A stretch of DNA of 64,000 nt from Zygnema circumcarinatum SAG 698-1b (lineage: Eukaryota; Plantae; Zygnematophyceae): positions 806,001 through 870,000 of the forward strand of contig CM074806.1 in NCBI GenBank assembly GCA_037447605.1. The letters are read 5' to 3'. The position numbers and the translations under genes were made by a program. The notes beneath the pieces are model-generated. The model did no database searches, was not told the DNA's origin, and saw nothing but the letters and a program-made list of their open reading frames with translations. Numbering within the stretch: the stretch's first letter is position 1; every line of letters begins with the position of its first letter. Shown piece by piece: positions 62,000-64,000 of this stretch.

Positions 62000-62329
62000 T
62001 TAGAGTGTGTAGGGCTGGTCATGGGGAGAGGTGTCCATAGGGGGGCCACTTTTCTGAGACGGTTCAGAAATCTCTGGGTAAGGGGTTGACTGAATTAGGC
62101 GGCTCCCAGCTCTTGGCTGGGACACTACAAAGTATTTTGAGGGCTTCGGGTTTTGGCTGTCGGCGGGTACGTCATTGATCAAGACCTGAAGGGCCTGCTA
62201 GAGCCCCGGGGTCTCCTCTAAGATGTCGCATGCAGATTCGTTGGTCATAACATCCTTCAACACGTCGCTGGCTAAAATTATGCACTCATCATCCTCTGTT
62301 CTCTCTGTATATGTCACTTCAGGTACAGT
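62000..62329 (-). pseudogene. Degenerate PP2C phosphatase C-terminal fragment with in-frame stop
   Basis: Translation TVPEVTYTERTEDDECIILASDVLKDVMTNESACDILEETPGL*QALQVLIND... resembles the PP2C motif PEVT...DECLILASDGLWDV..NE.AC. TAG at 62198-62200. Confidence 0.7.
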
Positions 62330-64000
62330 CTAATCACGTTATAGTGACACTGTTTATAAGAACAGCATGGATATACTGACTTTTTTTCCGGGAACGGAAT
62401 TGCACCACTGCAGATCCTGCGCCAGTAGTGACGCCATTACGGATATAATGACGTTGAAAAACCCTGATTGTTACTATATATTCATAATGTCGATATTATC
62501 CACCCACGTATTGGAATATGCGTTACAAATATATTACGACCGTACACATTATCGAATAATATCGTCAGATATCGACTTGACCGTATATATCAACTTATCC
62601 GTACATATGCTCACTAGGGTTCGTACACACCTACCCACGTGACGATTGCCCAAAAAGTACAATGTACGGTATCAAAGTAGTACGGATATACCGCAAAAAC
62701 ATATGTAATAACATTGTTACTATAAATGTGAAATGACAAACGGGTCATTACCGATATAGTGACACAAATGTGTGGGGACCGACACAGTCACTATAACGTG
62801 ATTAGACTGTATAGCAATAGCGTAAAGCTTTGAATATCTGTCCCCTGCAATTCCAGGAATCCGTCCACAGCATATAGTCAGGCACAATCCCTCTAGTTGT
62901 GCCTTCACGAGTAGAGAACACATACAATGTCCATCTATCATCGTCTGGCGGTTTTCCATTGTGCGACCGACTACCCATCCATCTGATTACATCACGATGC
63001 GCAGGTGCCCTCCATACAAAGTTGAGAGCCACAATACCAAATGTCACTGTACTACATGCATCCATTTGGCATTGGAATCTGGGTCGGTACTCGAGGCCCT
63101 TCTTTCGTTTCGTACAAAATTTCAACCACACGCTTACAGGGGAGAAAAGTTCCTCGCTAAACCTTTCGCCGTTCAGATCAGTTCACTTGAATTGAACAAT
63201 CCGATTACTAAGACGTGTTCGCAGACAGTGGTGGTTTGGTCTTTTCCAATGTCATGTCCGGAAGTGGAGTCAGCGAGATGCGCTTATTTGCCTTCCTTCT
63301 TTCGCAGCATGGTCTCAAAACAAGTCATTACTGTCATACCTTTAAACCCCCCCACATGCAAGTGGCGGCTGACTTTCTTTACAGCATGTGTTCTGCATAT
63401 GATCTGGAGGCGACTTGCCAGCATTATTTCTTTGAGTAAATCTCCATTTCCAAAGTATCCCACCCCCCCATAAACTAACACCACTGAATACATTTTAGAC
63501 TTTTTTAACACCGATTACATCCATACAGTAGACCAAACCAAAATTCCAACCAATTATAGTCACAAATGCAATGAACAAACAAACCGATCAGTTCCCCTCC
63601 GTTAAAGCCTTTATTTAAAAAGAATAAGGATGTAAAACATAAGCTGTACACCAAAAGTCACTACATCCACAACTTTCAACAAGAGATAGTCATCATCCTT
63701 AAGGCTCTCTCAACGTTTCCTGTCTCCTTTCTGGAGCAGCGAAACTACGCATAGGGGGAAGTGGCGGCTATCAGATTCTGAACACTCCAACAACGACGGC
63801 CTTATCTATGGAAGCATTGAAACTAAAACGGTCTGTTCAAGGGCTGATAGCATCCACAAATCAATCAATAAAGTTGACTCAAGCTAAGCTTGGACTTCGA
63901 GCCGTCTCGATTTGACTCAAACAAAAAGACGAATGTTCTGTGAACACTGCGCCCTCAATGTCTCTGTTCACAGTTTCTGTGAGAGACCAGCAACAGCGTT

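Noticed and set aside
63660-63800. Possible upstream part of the PP2C relic (PERRQE.., KDDDYL)
   Set aside because: The similarity is too weak and split across frames to support without a profile search.

Overview
This is a compact, intron-rich eukaryotic nuclear window. It carries plant-type gene families (myosin XI, ENH1-type PDZ-rubredoxin, MAP65, RGP/UAM), so it is most likely a streptophyte, probably a charophyte alga (inference; the species cannot be read from sequence). I reconstructed 11 spliced protein-coding genes by hand from GT-AG junctions. In order they are: myosin XI (-, runs off the left edge), PDCD2 (+), TRM112 (+), DCN1-like (-), TRAF-type zinc-finger protein (-), ENH1-like (-), large alpha/beta-hydrolase + CAAX-protease-domain protein (+), COPI-associated/TVP15-type membrane protein (-), UIM-containing USP deubiquitinase (+), MAP65 (-) and RGP/UAM (+). 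A degenerate PP2C fragment lies near the right end. Most short ORFs in the supplied track are exon fragments or noise. The non-coding space holds a 946-bp foldback element with an exact 8-bp TSD, an inverted pair of ~440-bp repeats bracketing the COPI-associated gene, a ~350-bp palindromic MITE-like element, a ~110-bp dispersed repeat upstream of genes, a degenerate TTTAGGG array, an ~840-bp purine-rich intronic tract and G-box clusters in promoters. No CRISPR array, rRNA, tRNA or autonomous transposase was recognised. I did not find a clearly new multi-gene system. The best leads are the repeat architectures, a USP37-like enzyme and the altered IQ spacing in myosin XI.
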